Position numbers and translations under genes: made by a program | Assembly (NCBI GenBank): GCA_963422375.2 | Contig: OY729427.2 | Span: 384,001 to 448,000 of the forward strand | Length of the DNA: 64,000 nucleotides | From: Bryobacterales bacterium | Lineage (GTDB): Bacteria; Acidobacteriota; Terriglobia; Bryobacterales; UBA6623 | Reading direction: 5' to 3' | The notes under the pieces: generated by a model | Seen by the model: only the letters and a program-made list of their open reading frames with translations | What the model was told of the DNA's origin: nothing | Databases searched by the model: none | Shown: positions 18,679 to 29,862 of the stretch, in pieces | How the letters are laid out: every line of letters starts with the position of its first letter | Position numbering within the stretch: the stretch's first letter is position 1

Positions 18679-20906
18679 CCGACCGACTGAAAGCACTCGC
18701 GAAATCCGCGCTCGAGCGGGTGCCGGCGGGCCCGCTCAAGGATGCCTTCGAGGAGCTCGCGGCGGGCCGTGTCCTGCGCGCGTCCAGGAAGAGCCTGGCC
18801 GTGCAGCTCTACCTAGGCCTGGGCGGTGCCGTAGCCCTCACATTGGGGACCAGTGTCGTCGGCTGGGTCTCGTTCCAGCAGGTCGGCGAGCTTAACCGAC
18901 GCGTGGCCGACAGCAGCGTGCCGGACATGGCGGCGGCGTTTTCCGTGGCGCAGCACGTCGGCGCCCTCGTCGAAGCGGCCCCGCGACTGACAGTCGCGGA
19001 TTCTCCCGAGGAGTTCCAGGTCGAGGCGGACGAGGTGCGGCGGGAGGAGGCGGCCTTCGAGCGCCGGCTGGACGATCTCGCAACGCGGCGCGGCGAGAGC
19101 GAGGGAGTGCGCCGGGTTCGCATCTGGGGCCGCGAGATGGCAGCGAACATCCAAGCCATCGAGGAGTCGGTCGGCCGGCTGGCGGAACTGGCCGACATCA
19201 GCCGGGACCTGCAACTCAGACTGCGCGACTTGGATCTGGCCCTGTCCACCGAGCTGGTGACGGCGCTCGACGACCAGTTCTTCTTCGCCATGACGGGATA
19301 CCGCGAGCTCGGTCGGGTGGCGGCTGCGCGCGAGAGCCACTTCAACGAGGAGCAGTTCGACCGGTACCGCCGGCTGACAGTCGCGGTGCGAGGCGCGACC
19401 GCCGGGATGCTGCTGCTCTCCAACACGTTCGACCTGACGGATCCCGACCAGCTCGTCCCTCTCCGCGAGCGCTACGAGTCCTCGGCGCGCGCGGTTTTCC
19501 GGAGCGTGGCCGCGCTCGGACCGGACACCTTCGGACCGGACGCCGTCAACCACCTCGAGATGGTGCGGGAACTGAGCGGCGGGGCCGACGGGATCTTCGC
19601 GACCCGCTCTCTGGAGTTGGAGCTGCAGGTGGCCCAGCGGGAATTGCTGACCGACAACCGCCAGATCGCCTTCCGCCTGCTCGAAGAGGTCGAGAGCCTC
19701 GTCAGCAGCTTCCGGTCGCTGACGCTGGACGCGACGCAAACTTCCACGGCCGCGGTGAACACGGGGCGCACGCTGCTACTCGTGCTCAACGTCATCAGCA
19801 TCGTCGGGGCCGGCCTGATCGCGTGGCTCTTCATCGGGCGGCACTTGCTGAGCCGCCTCGAGCGGCTTTCGACCCGCATGAGGTACCTCGCCCACGGCGA
19901 CCTCGAGGGCGAAGTGAAAGTGGAGGGCACGGACGAGATCGCCGACATGGCCTCGGCGCTCGAGGTCTTCCGACGGCACGCTTTGGAAATCCAGCGCCTC
20001 AACCTTGTCGAGAAGCTGGCTGAGGACCTCCGGGCCAAGAACGCGGAGATGGAGGCCGTGGTCGCGGATCTGCGCAAGGCGCAGGACCAGATCATCATGC
20101 GGGAGAAGCTCGCCGCTCTAGGCGAACTCACCGCCGGCGTGGCGCACGAGATCAAGAATCCGCTGAACTTCGTCAAGAACTTTTCGGAGGTCTCCGAGGA
20201 GCTGCTCGAGGAGCTGCTCGAAGTCCTGCCCCCGGCGGGCAGCGAGATGACCGAGGACAGCCACATCGACATCGACGAGATCTGCGAGGACCTCACCGGA
20301 AACCTGCAGAGCATCCGGCAGCACGGCATCCGAGCGGACCGAATTGTCCAAGACATGCTCATGATGGGGCGCGGCTCCAGCGACAAGCGAGCGACCAAGA
20401 TCAACAGCCTAGTCAAGGAGCACGCAGATCTCGCCTACCACAGCGCCCGAGCCATTGACCCCAACTTCCAACTGCACATCGAGAACTCGTTCGACCCAGC
20501 CTTGGCAGAGGTGGAGATCAAAGTTATTCCGCAGGACCTAGGGCGGGTCGTGCTGAACATGGTGAGCAACGCCTGCCACGCGACCGACGAGAAGCGCCAC
20601 GCCAGCGACGGGTCCTACCTCCCCATGATGTGGGTCACGACGCAGCTGGACGGCGACCACCTTAAGATCCGAGTGAAGGACAACGGAAGCGGGATTCCGG
20701 AAGAGGTGGTCGACAAGATCTTCAACCCGTTCTTCACGACGAAGGCCGCCGACAAGGGCACGGGCCTAGGGCTGGCGCTCTCTAACGACATCGTGCGGGA
20801 GCACGGCGGAGCGATCAGCGTGGACACCAAGCCCGGCGAGTACACGGAAATGACCGTTGACATTCCCGTCGCGGCCGCCGACACCGTGGATCAGTCGCCG
20901 GCATAG
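18675..20906 (+). CDS. Membrane sensor histidine kinase (two TM, large helical periplasmic domain, HAMP, HisKA, HATPase)
   Basis: AHEIKNPLNF H-box, NMVSNAC, KDNGSGI, FNPFFTTK and GTGLGL. Confidence 0.92.
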   Translation: MTDRLKALAKSALERVPAGPLKDAFEELAAGRVLRASRKSLAVQLYLGLGGAVALTLGTSVVGWVSFQQVGELNRRVADSSVPDMAAAFSVAQHVGALVEAAPRLTVADSPEEFQVEADEVRREEAAFERRLDDLATRRGESEGVRRVRIWGREMAANIQAIEESVGRLAELADISRDLQLRLRDLDLALSTELVTALDDQFFFAMTGYRELGRVAAARESHFNEEQFDRYRRLTVAVRGATAGMLLLSNTFDLTDPDQLVPLRERYESSARAVFRSVAALGPDTFGPDAVNHLEMVRELSGGADGIFATRSLELELQVAQRELLTDNRQIAFRLLEEVESLVSSFRSLTLDATQTSTAAVNTGRTLLLVLNVISIVGAGLIAWLFIGRHLLSRLERLSTRMRYLAHGDLEGEVKVEGTDEIADMASALEVFRRHALEIQRLNLVEKLAEDLRAKNAEMEAVVADLRKAQDQIIMREKLAALGELTAGVAHEIKNPLNFVKNFSEVSEELLEELLEVLPPAGSEMTEDSHIDIDEICEDLTGNLQSIRQHGIRADRIVQDMLMMGRGSSDKRATKINSLVKEHADLAYHSARAIDPNFQLHIENSFDPALAEVEIKVIPQDLGRVVLNMVSNACHATDEKRHASDGSYLPMMWVTTQLDGDHLKIRVKDNGSGIPEEVVDKIFNPFFTTKAADKGTGLGLALSNDIVREHGGAISVDTKPGEYTEMTVDIPVAAADTVDQSPA

Positions 20907-21047
20907 TGAGTCAGCGTCGCGGTCGCCGATGTCCGCGGGACGCACGGACCGCAACGGCGCCGATCGAAAGCGGGTCGCGGCCAGCCATGCGAGCGCGCGC
21001 GGGGCTGGACCGCGGAATTCGGCATTCAACGCCGACAGCGGCCCTAA

Positions 21048-22919
21048 CCCGGATAATTCATGAGTAGCCCGGAGGGCCATAGTCCGGTCCCTCCGCCCGG
21101 GCCGTGAGGGCCCCCGGTCCAGCGCGATCCTCACTCCTAGAAGTGCCCTGCGATCCCCGGCGGCAGCCCCGGCCCGGTCCGATTAAGATCCAAGTTTATA
21201 CATTGAAATTGTTTTCATCCGGTAGGTTATAATGAATACACGGTCGCAGCTGCAGGCTCCCAGGGCGTTCTGTTCCGCAATCCGCGCCGTCGCCCCGTCG
21301 CCGTCCGCTGCGATCACGAGCGCAGCAGCTCCGACGGCGGCGCTGTCCCGGTCGACCACTCCCTCGCGGACATACTCCGCCAGCGCATCTACGGCCTCGC
21401 CTGCGGCTACGAGGACTGCAACGACGCCGGGCGCCTCGGCGGCGACCCCGTGTTCAAGCTGCCGCTCGGGCGCGACCCCTGGCAGGGCCGCGACCTGCCG
21501 TCCCGGCCCACCCTGTCGCGCTTCGAGAACGCCGTCACCGCGGACGCGCCGAGCGCGCTGTCCGCGGCGCCGGCCCGCTGCGTCGTGCGGCGCCGGCACG
21601 AGCGGCGCGCCGAGACGAGCATCGTCGAGCCGGACTTCGACCCGACCTGCGAGCCGCCGCACGGGGGCCGGCAGCTGGCGCTGTGCAACGGCTTCTACGA
21701 CGCGCATTGCTACTTGCCTTGCTACTTGCCGCTGGTGGGCGCGGTGCGCTTCGACGGCGAGCGCGAGCAGCATCTCGCGGCGGCGCTGCTGCGCTCGGGC
21801 ACGGCCGCCGCCGCGGAGGGCTTGCTCCCGCTGCTGGACCGCTTGCTGCCGCTGCTGCGGGAATTCTTCCCGCGGGCGACGCTGCGCCTGCGCTTGGACG
21901 CGGGCTTCCAAGGGGACGAGCTGCCGGCCTATGGCGAGCGCGAGGGCCTGGAGTACTGCGAGTACGTGGTGTGCATGCAGAAGAACGCGGTGCCGGAGCG
22001 GCGCGCGGCCCCGTTGCGGGCGGCCGTCGAGGCCCGGCGCGCGCCCGGCGGCACCCCGGGCACGGACCGCGGCGGGGCAGCGGCGGCCGCGGCGGACCCG
22101 CCGTCCCGGCTGGAGCAGTTGCGGGCGAAGTACGCGCGGCTGGGAGCCGGCACGCAGGGGGCCGGCCGGGCGCGGAGGACGCGGGCAAGAACCCGGGCCC
22201 GCTGCACGGGCAGTTCGTCTAGCGGGCGGGCCGCCGGTCGCGGGCGCGGCGGGTGATCGTCAAGGCGGACGCGAGCGAGTTTCCCGGGCGCGCCCCGCAG
22301 TGGCACCCGCGCTACGCGGTGACCAACGCGGGCGGCAGCCCGCAGCGCCTCTGCGAGCGGATCCACTGTCTGCGGGGAGACGAGGAGAACCGCGTCAAGG
22401 AGCTCGAGCACGGGATGCGGAGGGACCGCGCCAGCTGCTCGAGCTTCGCGGCGAACCGGTTCCGCGCGCCGCTCGCGGCGGCGGCCTGCGTGATCATGCA
22501 GGAACTGCGCTGGCAGGCACGGGACACGCCGCTGCGGAAGGGCCGGGTGGACGGGTTGAGCCTCGGCCTGCCGAAGCCGGGGGCGCGGGTCGCGGCCACG
22601 GCGCAGCGGATCGTGCTGCGAGTGCCGCGGACGGCACCGTTCCGGGACGCCTGGGCGGTGGTGGCGCGGGGCTTGGGGGCCGTGCCGATATGACGCCGGG
22701 CCGGGTCAATCCGGAGAGTGTCGGCAGGCGCCGGGCGCCGCCGGGGGAAACCGTGCCTGCCACCCGGGCGGGTGCCGCCGAGGAGGTGTCCGCGGCCCGC
22801 GCGCCGCCCCGCAAGCCCCGCATTCCCCGCCCGCAGGCGTTTCGGAAGCAAATTGGGCGGCCATCGAGAGCCCAGAAACTGGACCCATGAGCCTGCGCCG
22901 CATTCGTGAATAATGCGGG
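21048..22919 (+). mobile_element. IS1380-family element, copy 2, defective transposase
   Basis: Same ends as 5275-7174, flanks CTAA/CTAG, frameshifted transposase fragments. Confidence 0.9.
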
Positions 22920-23090
22920 CTAGGAGGCACGCTCCGGCAGACGGGCACCGATACCAAGGCACCCGCCTGCCCGTCGGCGGAGCCGAGTTAGCACCGCGGC
23001 TCCGAGTCGCGGGCCGACGCTTCCCCGCCCGGCGACGGGACACAGCGAGGCAGCCGCGGCCCGAAAAGCCGCCAAACACGGAAACGCGAC

Positions 23091-23429
23091 TCAGGGTCGG
23101 ACAGCGGCCAGAGCGGCCGCTCGGGATCTGTGGATCGCGATGATCTTGTCGAAGCCGCTGATCTCGAACACTTCTCGGATCGGCTCGGCGAGCTCGCACA
23201 GCGCAAAACCCATCCGCCGGTTCCTGAGGGTCTTGGCCGTTAGCAGGATCGCCCTCAGGCCGGCGCTGCTGATGTACGACATGCCGCCGCAGTCGATGAC
23301 CACGCCTAGGTCGCCGTCGGCCATCGAGTCCCTGAGCAGCTTCTCGAATTCGTGCGCGTTCGTGCCATCAACGCGATGCCACCCTTGGGCGACCAAGATT
23401 CCGTCCAAGCGATCCGTGACCAGTTCCAT
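23091..23429 (-). CDS. STAS anti-sigma factor antagonist (RsbV-like)
   Basis: RVDGTNAHEF, DCGGMSYISSAGLRAIL and EVFEISGFDKII. Confidence 0.88.
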   Translation of the reverse strand: MELVTDRLDGILVAQGWHRVDGTNAHEFEKLLRDSMADGDLGVVIDCGGMSYISSAGLRAILLTAKTLRNRRMGFALCELAEPIREVFEISGFDKIIAIHRSRAAALAAVRP

Positions 23430-23604
23430 GTTCCGAGACTCCGATGCTACAGCCAGCGCCGGGCACGGCCCACACACCGCCCAATTGCAGCAGGCCGCGA
23501 CCCAGCCGAGCTGCAAGCAGTATACCAGCACGGGGGCCGTCGAGCGGCCGCTTCGGAATTCGTGCCGCGCGGCGGCGGGCGCGCTGGCCGCGTTCGGTGG
23601 CGCC

Positions 23605-23693
23605 TGGTGCTGGAGGAGGGGGTCGAACCCTCATGCCCGGTAAGGGGCGCTGGATTTTGAGTCCAGTGCGTCTGCCAATTCCGCCACTCCAGC
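23605..23693 (-). tRNA. tRNA-Leu (CAA), CCA encoded
   Basis: GCTGGAG acceptor stem, TGGCAGACG D-arm, CTGGA-CTCAAAA-TCCAG anticodon arm, long variable arm, GGTTCGAC T-loop and ACCA end. Confidence 0.96.
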
Positions 23694-23890
23694 ACTTCCG
23701 GGCGATGCCGAACCATCCTGCCGCAGACCCCGGGCGGCGCGCCCGCGGCCCGCTCGCTGGCCTCATTGTACCCGCGCTCTGGAACGGCTCGCGGGCAGGG
23801 CCGAGGCCCCGCCGCCCTGCCCGGATTCCGCCGTCCCTCGCCCGGCCCGGCATCGGCGATAAAGGGCGGCTTGCCGCGGAGCAGACGCGC

Positions 23891-24781
23891 ATGAAGACGG
23901 CGGGGGTAATCGACTTGGGCGACATGGGCATCGGCCTCGCCCGCAACCTGCTGGCGGCGGGCTTCCCGACCGCGGGCTACGACCTGAGGCTCGAGCGCGT
24001 CGAGCTGCTCGCCGAGCTGGACGGCCACCCGGCCTCGAGCTGCGCGGAGGTGGGAGCTAAGTCTGACGCCGTTTTCGTCATGGTCATGAGCGGCAGCCAG
24101 GTCCGGGACGCGCTCCTCGACACCGACGGCGCCGTCGGCGCCATGCGCCCCGGCAGCGCGGTGATCGTGACGGCAACGGTGCTCCCGGGCGAGGTGGCCG
24201 CGCTGGCGGAGCCGCTGGCGAGCAGCGGCATCGGCCTGATCGATTCCCCCGTCACGGGCGGCAAGGCGGGAGCGGACGGCGGCGCGCTGACGCTTATGGC
24301 GTCCGGGCATCGCGACGACCTAGAAGGCTGCCGCGACCTGCTCGGCGCGGTGTCCAAGACGGTGCTCCATGTCGGCGAAGAGCCCGGCCAAGGCCAAGTC
24401 GTCAAGGCGACCCTGCAAGCGCTGATCGGCTGCACCTTCGCCGCGACGTTCGAGTCCCTAGTAGTTGCGGCCAAGTCCGGAGTGAAGGGTGGCACGCTGC
24501 TCGAGGTGCTTCGCTCGAGCTCGGTCGGCAGCCCCTTGATCGAGCATTGCGCGCGTCAGGTGCTGGACTGGCGCTTCCGGGACACGGGCAGCCGCATCGG
24601 CACGATGTACAAGGATCTCGGCATCTCGATGAGCGTGGCGCGCGAGGCGGGCGCGTCGATGTTCGCCACCAGCGCGGCCTATGAGATGTTCCAAGCCGGA
24701 ATCTCGCGATATCCCGATGAGGACAACTGGGCCGTCGCGAAATGGCTGGAAGAGATCGTCGGCGCGCAGGTCGAGTGGTAG
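23891..24781 (+). CDS. 3-hydroxyisobutyrate dehydrogenase-family NAD(P) oxidoreductase
   Basis: DSPVTGG, GQGQVVK and MYKDL; the first Gly of the GxGxxG motif is Asp (IDLGDMG). Confidence 0.85.
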   Translation: MKTAGVIDLGDMGIGLARNLLAAGFPTAGYDLRLERVELLAELDGHPASSCAEVGAKSDAVFVMVMSGSQVRDALLDTDGAVGAMRPGSAVIVTATVLPGEVAALAEPLASSGIGLIDSPVTGGKAGADGGALTLMASGHRDDLEGCRDLLGAVSKTVLHVGEEPGQGQVVKATLQALIGCTFAATFESLVVAAKSGVKGGTLLEVLRSSSVGSPLIEHCARQVLDWRFRDTGSRIGTMYKDLGISMSVAREAGASMFATSAAYEMFQAGISRYPDEDNWAVAKWLEEIVGAQVEW

Positions 24782-24794
24782 CGGGAGGCGGTCC

Positions 24795-25673
24795 GTGGCA
24801 AGTCTCGGAGTGATCACCGACGGCATCAGCCGGGACCTCGAGCACGCGCTCGAGGTGATGCGCGCGCACGGCATGCGCCGGGCGGAGCTCCAGTACCTCC
24901 GGGACAAGGAGGTCGGCGACTTGGACGAGGCGGGCGTGGCGCGGGTCCGCGATCTCTGCAGGCAGTACGTACGAGGTCGGCGTCTGCTGCGTGTCACGGC
25001 ACAACTTCGCGGGCCTGCCGGTCGGCGAGTCGGAGGTCGGCGACCCCCGGCACTCGCACCACATGGACGCGCTGCGACGCTGCGTTGCCACAGCGAAAGT
25101 GCTGAACTGCCGCTTGGTCCGGATCATGAGCTTCCGCAAGGAGATGATCCTGTTCGGGTCCGGCGGCGCCGAGTGCTGGAACGTCGCGACCGCGGCTTGG
25201 GACAGGCTCAAGCTGCTCCTGCATCCGGCCGTCCAGCTGGCCGAGGACGAGGGCGTCACGCTCGCGGTCGAGACCGGCAACGGATCGATGATCACCTCCG
25301 GCTGGCTCGGGCGGAAGCTAGTCGACGAGATGGGATCCGCTCGGCTGCGCGTGCTATGGGATTCCGGCAACAGCCTGTACTGCGCGGAGCGGCCCTGGCC
25401 CGACGGGTACGAGGCGCTCGCGGGGCGCCTGGCGCACATCCATATCAAGGACGTGCGCGTCGACATCCCGCGGGCGACCGTGGAGCAGTGCCGCTTCGGC
25501 GAGGGCCAGATGGCACCCTACTTCGCGGACCTCGCCTCGGCCCTGGCCCGTGACGGCTACCAAGGCGTCGTCTCGCTGGAGAGCGTCTACCGGCCGCCGG
25601 GCGGCTCGTTCGAGGACGGGTTCCGCGCGTCCTTCCCACTCTTCCGCGAGACGTTCGGCTCGGTGCCTCCCCG

Positions 25674-25677
<4 letters not shown>
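24795..25677 (+). pseudogene. Sugar phosphate isomerase/epimerase (xylose-isomerase-like TIM barrel), frameshifted
   Basis: N-terminus LGVITDGISRDLEHAL in one frame and LAVETGNG, WDSGN, HIHIKD, VSLE in another; a 4-bp GTAC duplication near 24965-24972 explains the shift. Confidence 0.8.
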
Positions 25678-26717
<1,040 letters not shown>

Positions 26718-26770
26718 GCGATTACTCCTTCCGTGAACGCTGGCTGCGTATCAATCCTTCATAATATAGC

Positions 26771-26785
26771 GAACATATTGCGAAT
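26771..26785 (-). promoter_or_regulatory. Putative LexA (SOS) box in the recA promoter
   Basis: GAAC-ATATTGC-GAAT, one mismatch from the GAAC-N7-GAAC/GTTC-N7-GTTC direct-repeat LexA box known from Acidobacteria and Alphaproteobacteria; AT-rich promoter context. Confidence 0.6.
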
Positions 26786-26858
26786 TTCAAGCGAGAATCG
26801 GAAGCATTTCGGCTCCTCTGCGAAAGCAGCCCCGTTGCGACCGAGGTTGCCGCACCCG

Positions 26859-27812
26859 CTAGTTCGACTCGCTCGGCGACGGCGCGTAGTAGCCGCTGCG
26901 AACGCGCACCGTGGCGTTGCGCATGCGCGTTCTCACCTCGACCGTGTGGAACGAGCCGTCATTCACGAACTGGCTCGGCGAGTAGAGGATGAAGTACTGG
27001 TGGCGCAGCTCGTTGGCGATGTTGGCGAAGGACTGCTGGAGGTCGCGCGCCTGGAACGGGTGAAAGGCCACGCCGCCCGTCTCCCGAGCGAAGCGCCGCA
27101 GCGTCTTGTCGCCGTCCTGGGACATGCCGCTGCGGTTGGTCGAGATCGTGTAGACAACGGCCTCGGCTCGGTGCGCCATCTGCAGTGCGTCCTCCCGCGT
27201 GACGGTGCTGCGATTGTCCTCGCCGTCGCCGATCACCACCAAGGCGCGCCGGAACTGCTCCTTCGGCTGATCCTCCGGCAGCTTGTCGCGGCAGGCGTAG
27301 TAGATCGCGTCGTACAGGGCCGTACCGCCCCCGGCCCGCAAGCGGCGGACTCCGTCCGCCAGCTCCTCCATATCGCTGGTGTAGTCGACGATCAGCTCGG
27401 CCCTCGTGTCGAAGCTGACCAGGAACGCCCGGTCGTTGACCTCGGCCAGGACGCGCTGCAGGAACTCGATCGCCGCCTCCTGCTCGAACTTGAACCGCGC
27501 GCGAATCGAATTGCTGGTGTCGAGGATCACGCCGATGCGCAGCGGGAGGTCGCTCTCGCGGTCGAACTCGCGGATCTCCTGCGGCCAGCCGTCGTCGAAG
27601 ACCTGGAAGTCGTCGCGCCCCAAGTCTGTGATGAAGCGGTTCCGGCGATCAGTGACCGTGAACAGCAGCGGCACCCTGGCCACGTCCACCTTGATGATGT
27701 CCGATTCCGATTCGCTGTAGACGGGCTCGAACTCCTGCCTGCCCGCCTCCTGCCCCCGCGCGGCCGCGGCCAGCGCGAGGCAGGCCGCCAAGGCGGCGAA
27801 ACGCCCCAACAT
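26859..27812 (-). CDS. Secreted VWA-domain protein (Acidobacterial type)
   Basis: Signal peptide, DTSNS MIDAS, GGTALYDAI, GDGEDN, ETGG and ELRHQY. Confidence 0.88.
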   Translation of the reverse strand: MLGRFAALAACLALAAAARGQEAGRQEFEPVYSESESDIIKVDVARVPLLFTVTDRRNRFITDLGRDDFQVFDDGWPQEIREFDRESDLPLRIGVILDTSNSIRARFKFEQEAAIEFLQRVLAEVNDRAFLVSFDTRAELIVDYTSDMEELADGVRRLRAGGGTALYDAIYYACRDKLPEDQPKEQFRRALVVIGDGEDNRSTVTREDALQMAHRAEAVVYTISTNRSGMSQDGDKTLRRFARETGGVAFHPFQARDLQQSFANIANELRHQYFILYSPSQFVNDGSFHTVEVRTRMRNATVRVRSGYYAPSPSESN

Positions 27813-27819
27813 GGTTGCA

Positions 27820-28791
27820 TTATAAACCGAGCGAGGCGAGCCCGGCCTCGAAATCGGCCGGCAACGGAACGCCGAAGCGCATCCGCGCCCCGCTCTCGGG
27901 GTGATCGAACTCCAGAGCCGCGGCGTGCAGGAGGTACCGTTGCGGGAGCGCCCCGCCGCCCGGCCTGCGACGCGCTCCGTAGAGGGTGTCCCCCACCACC
28001 GGGCGGCCCGCACTGGCTAGGTGGACGCGGACCTGATGCGTACGTCCGGTGTGAATGCGCACTTCGGCGAGGGCGAAGCCCCCTCCGGAGCGCAGCGCCC
28101 GCACGTCGCTGACCGCCTCGCGGCCGTTGATCCCCGCGGCCATCTTGACCCGATTGCGCCTGTCGCGGCGGATCGGCATCTCGAGCCGGAGCCACCACCG
28201 CCCGCCCTGCATCACGGCCCGCCCGCGCCGCAGGAGCTTGGGGTCGTCATGCGGGTCGGACGGCAGCACCCCCTCCACCGCGGCCCAGTACAGCTTCGCC
28301 ACCTCCCGCCGCCGGAACTGCTCCTGCAGGCGGCGATGGGCGCGGTCGGTCTTGGCCACCACCAGCGCCCCCGTCGTGAAGCGGTCCAGCCGATGCACGA
28401 TGCCCGGGCGCAGCGCGCCCGGCGCCCCGGCGAGGCTGTCGAGGTGGTGCAGCAAGGCGTTGACCAGCGTGCCGGAGCTCCGGCCCGCGCCGCCATGCAC
28501 GCTCATCCCGGCCGGCTTGTCGACCACGGCGACGTGGTCGTCCTGGTAAAGGATCCGCAGGTCCAATGGCTCGGGCTCGGCCCGCAGGGCGGGCGGCTCG
28601 GACGGCTCCACGTCGATCGCCTCGCCTCCGGACAGCTTGCGCGACGCCTTGCGCTCCGGGCTCCCGCCGACCCGCACGCGGCCCTCCCGGATCCAAGCCA
28701 GCACCCGCGAGCGGCTCGCCTCCTCGAGGCGAGCCGCCAAGTACCGGTCCAGGCGCTCCCCGGCAGCCTCGGCTCCTGCGTCGAGACGCAT
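27820..28791 (-). CDS. rluD: RluA-family pseudouridine synthase (RluD-like)
   Basis: S4 domain RLDRYLA, KPAGMSVH, GIVHRLDRFTTG and TGRTHQVRVH. Confidence 0.85.
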   Translation of the reverse strand: MRLDAGAEAAGERLDRYLAARLEEASRSRVLAWIREGRVRVGGSPERKASRKLSGGEAIDVEPSEPPALRAEPEPLDLRILYQDDHVAVVDKPAGMSVHGGAGRSSGTLVNALLHHLDSLAGAPGALRPGIVHRLDRFTTGALVVAKTDRAHRRLQEQFRRREVAKLYWAAVEGVLPSDPHDDPKLLRRGRAVMQGGRWWLRLEMPIRRDRRNRVKMAAGINGREAVSDVRALRSGGGFALAEVRIHTGRTHQVRVHLASAGRPVVGDTLYGARRRPGGGALPQRYLLHAAALEFDHPESGARMRFGVPLPADFEAGLASLGL

Positions 28792-28858
28792 GGCCCTAAG
28801 CGTGCCACATCCCCGCGCGCATCCTCGCGAGGCGGGTTCGGCCCGGGGCGCGAGGCGC

Positions 28859-28910
28859 TTGACAGCCGCCAGGGAGTGTGTAATCATTCATCTAGATGAA
28901 TAATTCTTCT
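28859..28910 (+). promoter_or_regulatory. argF promoter with tandem ARG boxes
   Basis: TTGACA at 28859 with a 17-bp spacer to AATCAT; TGTGT-AATC-ATTCA (28877-28890) and TGAAT-AATT-CTTCT (28897-28910) resemble TGAAT-N4-ATTCA; argR is in the same operon. Confidence 0.7.
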
Positions 28911-29855
28911 AGCGGGCGCGGCGCGCGGGGCGACGGCCCGGCGCACTACCTGCGCGACACGGATCTCGACGCGGCGCAGCTGCGCGCCCTGCTGGACCTA
29001 GCCCTGCGCGTGAAGGCGGAGCCCACGCTCCACAGCGAGGCGCTCAGGCACCGCTCGATCGCCCTGCTGTTCGAGAAGCCGTCCCTGCGCACGCGCATGA
29101 CCTTCGAGCTGGCGATGATGCAGCTCGGTGGCGTCGCGATCTTCCAGGACCATCGCGACGGGCGCATCGGCGAGCGGGAGCCCGCGCGCGATATCGCCCG
29201 GAACCTCGACCGCTGGTTCGACGCGATCGTGGCCCGGACCTACTCCCACATGACGCTGGAGCGCCTGGCCGACTGGTCCGGCGCGCCCGTGATCAACGCC
29301 CTCAGCGAGGCGTACCACCCGTGCCAGGCCCTAGCCGACTTCGCCACCGTGCTCGAGCGCTTCGGGTCGCTCGAAGGACTGAAGGTCGCCTATGTCGGCG
29401 ACAGCAACAACGTGGCGCACTCGCTGCTGCATTCCGCCTCGCTGCTGGGCGTCTCCATCTCGGTCTGCTCGCCCCCCGGGTACGGCTTGCGCGCCGAGGA
29501 TCTGGCCCGGGCGCGGCGGGCGGGGGCGGCCTCCGGCGCCGTGATCGAGGTCGGGCACGACCTGCGGCAGGCCGTCAGCGGCGCGGCCGCGGTCTACACC
29601 GACGTGTGGACCAGCATGGGGTGGGAGGAACAGACGCACCAGCGCCGGATCGCGTTCGCGGACTACCAAGTCAGCGACGAGGTCATGGACGCCGCCGGCG
29701 ACGACGCGGTGTTCATGCACTGCCTGCCCGCGCTGCGCGGCCAAGAGGTGACCGACTCGGTGATCGAGTCCCCGCGCTCGGTCGTGTTCGACCAAGCCGA
29801 GAACCGCCTGCACGCTCACAAGGCGCTGCTGCTGACGCTGCTGGGAGGGGAATAG
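28896..29855 (+). CDS. argF: Ornithine carbamoyltransferase
   Basis: FEKPSLRTR, HPCQALAD, YTDVWTSMG, FMHCLPA and QAENRLH. Confidence 0.95.
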   Translation: MNNSSSGRGARGDGPAHYLRDTDLDAAQLRALLDLALRVKAEPTLHSEALRHRSIALLFEKPSLRTRMTFELAMMQLGGVAIFQDHRDGRIGEREPARDIARNLDRWFDAIVARTYSHMTLERLADWSGAPVINALSEAYHPCQALADFATVLERFGSLEGLKVAYVGDSNNVAHSLLHSASLLGVSISVCSPPGYGLRAEDLARARRAGAASGAVIEVGHDLRQAVSGAAAVYTDVWTSMGWEEQTHQRRIAFADYQVSDEVMDAAGDDAVFMHCLPALRGQEVTDSVIESPRSVVFDQAENRLHAHKALLLTLLGGE

Positions 29856-29862
29856 TAGTCCG

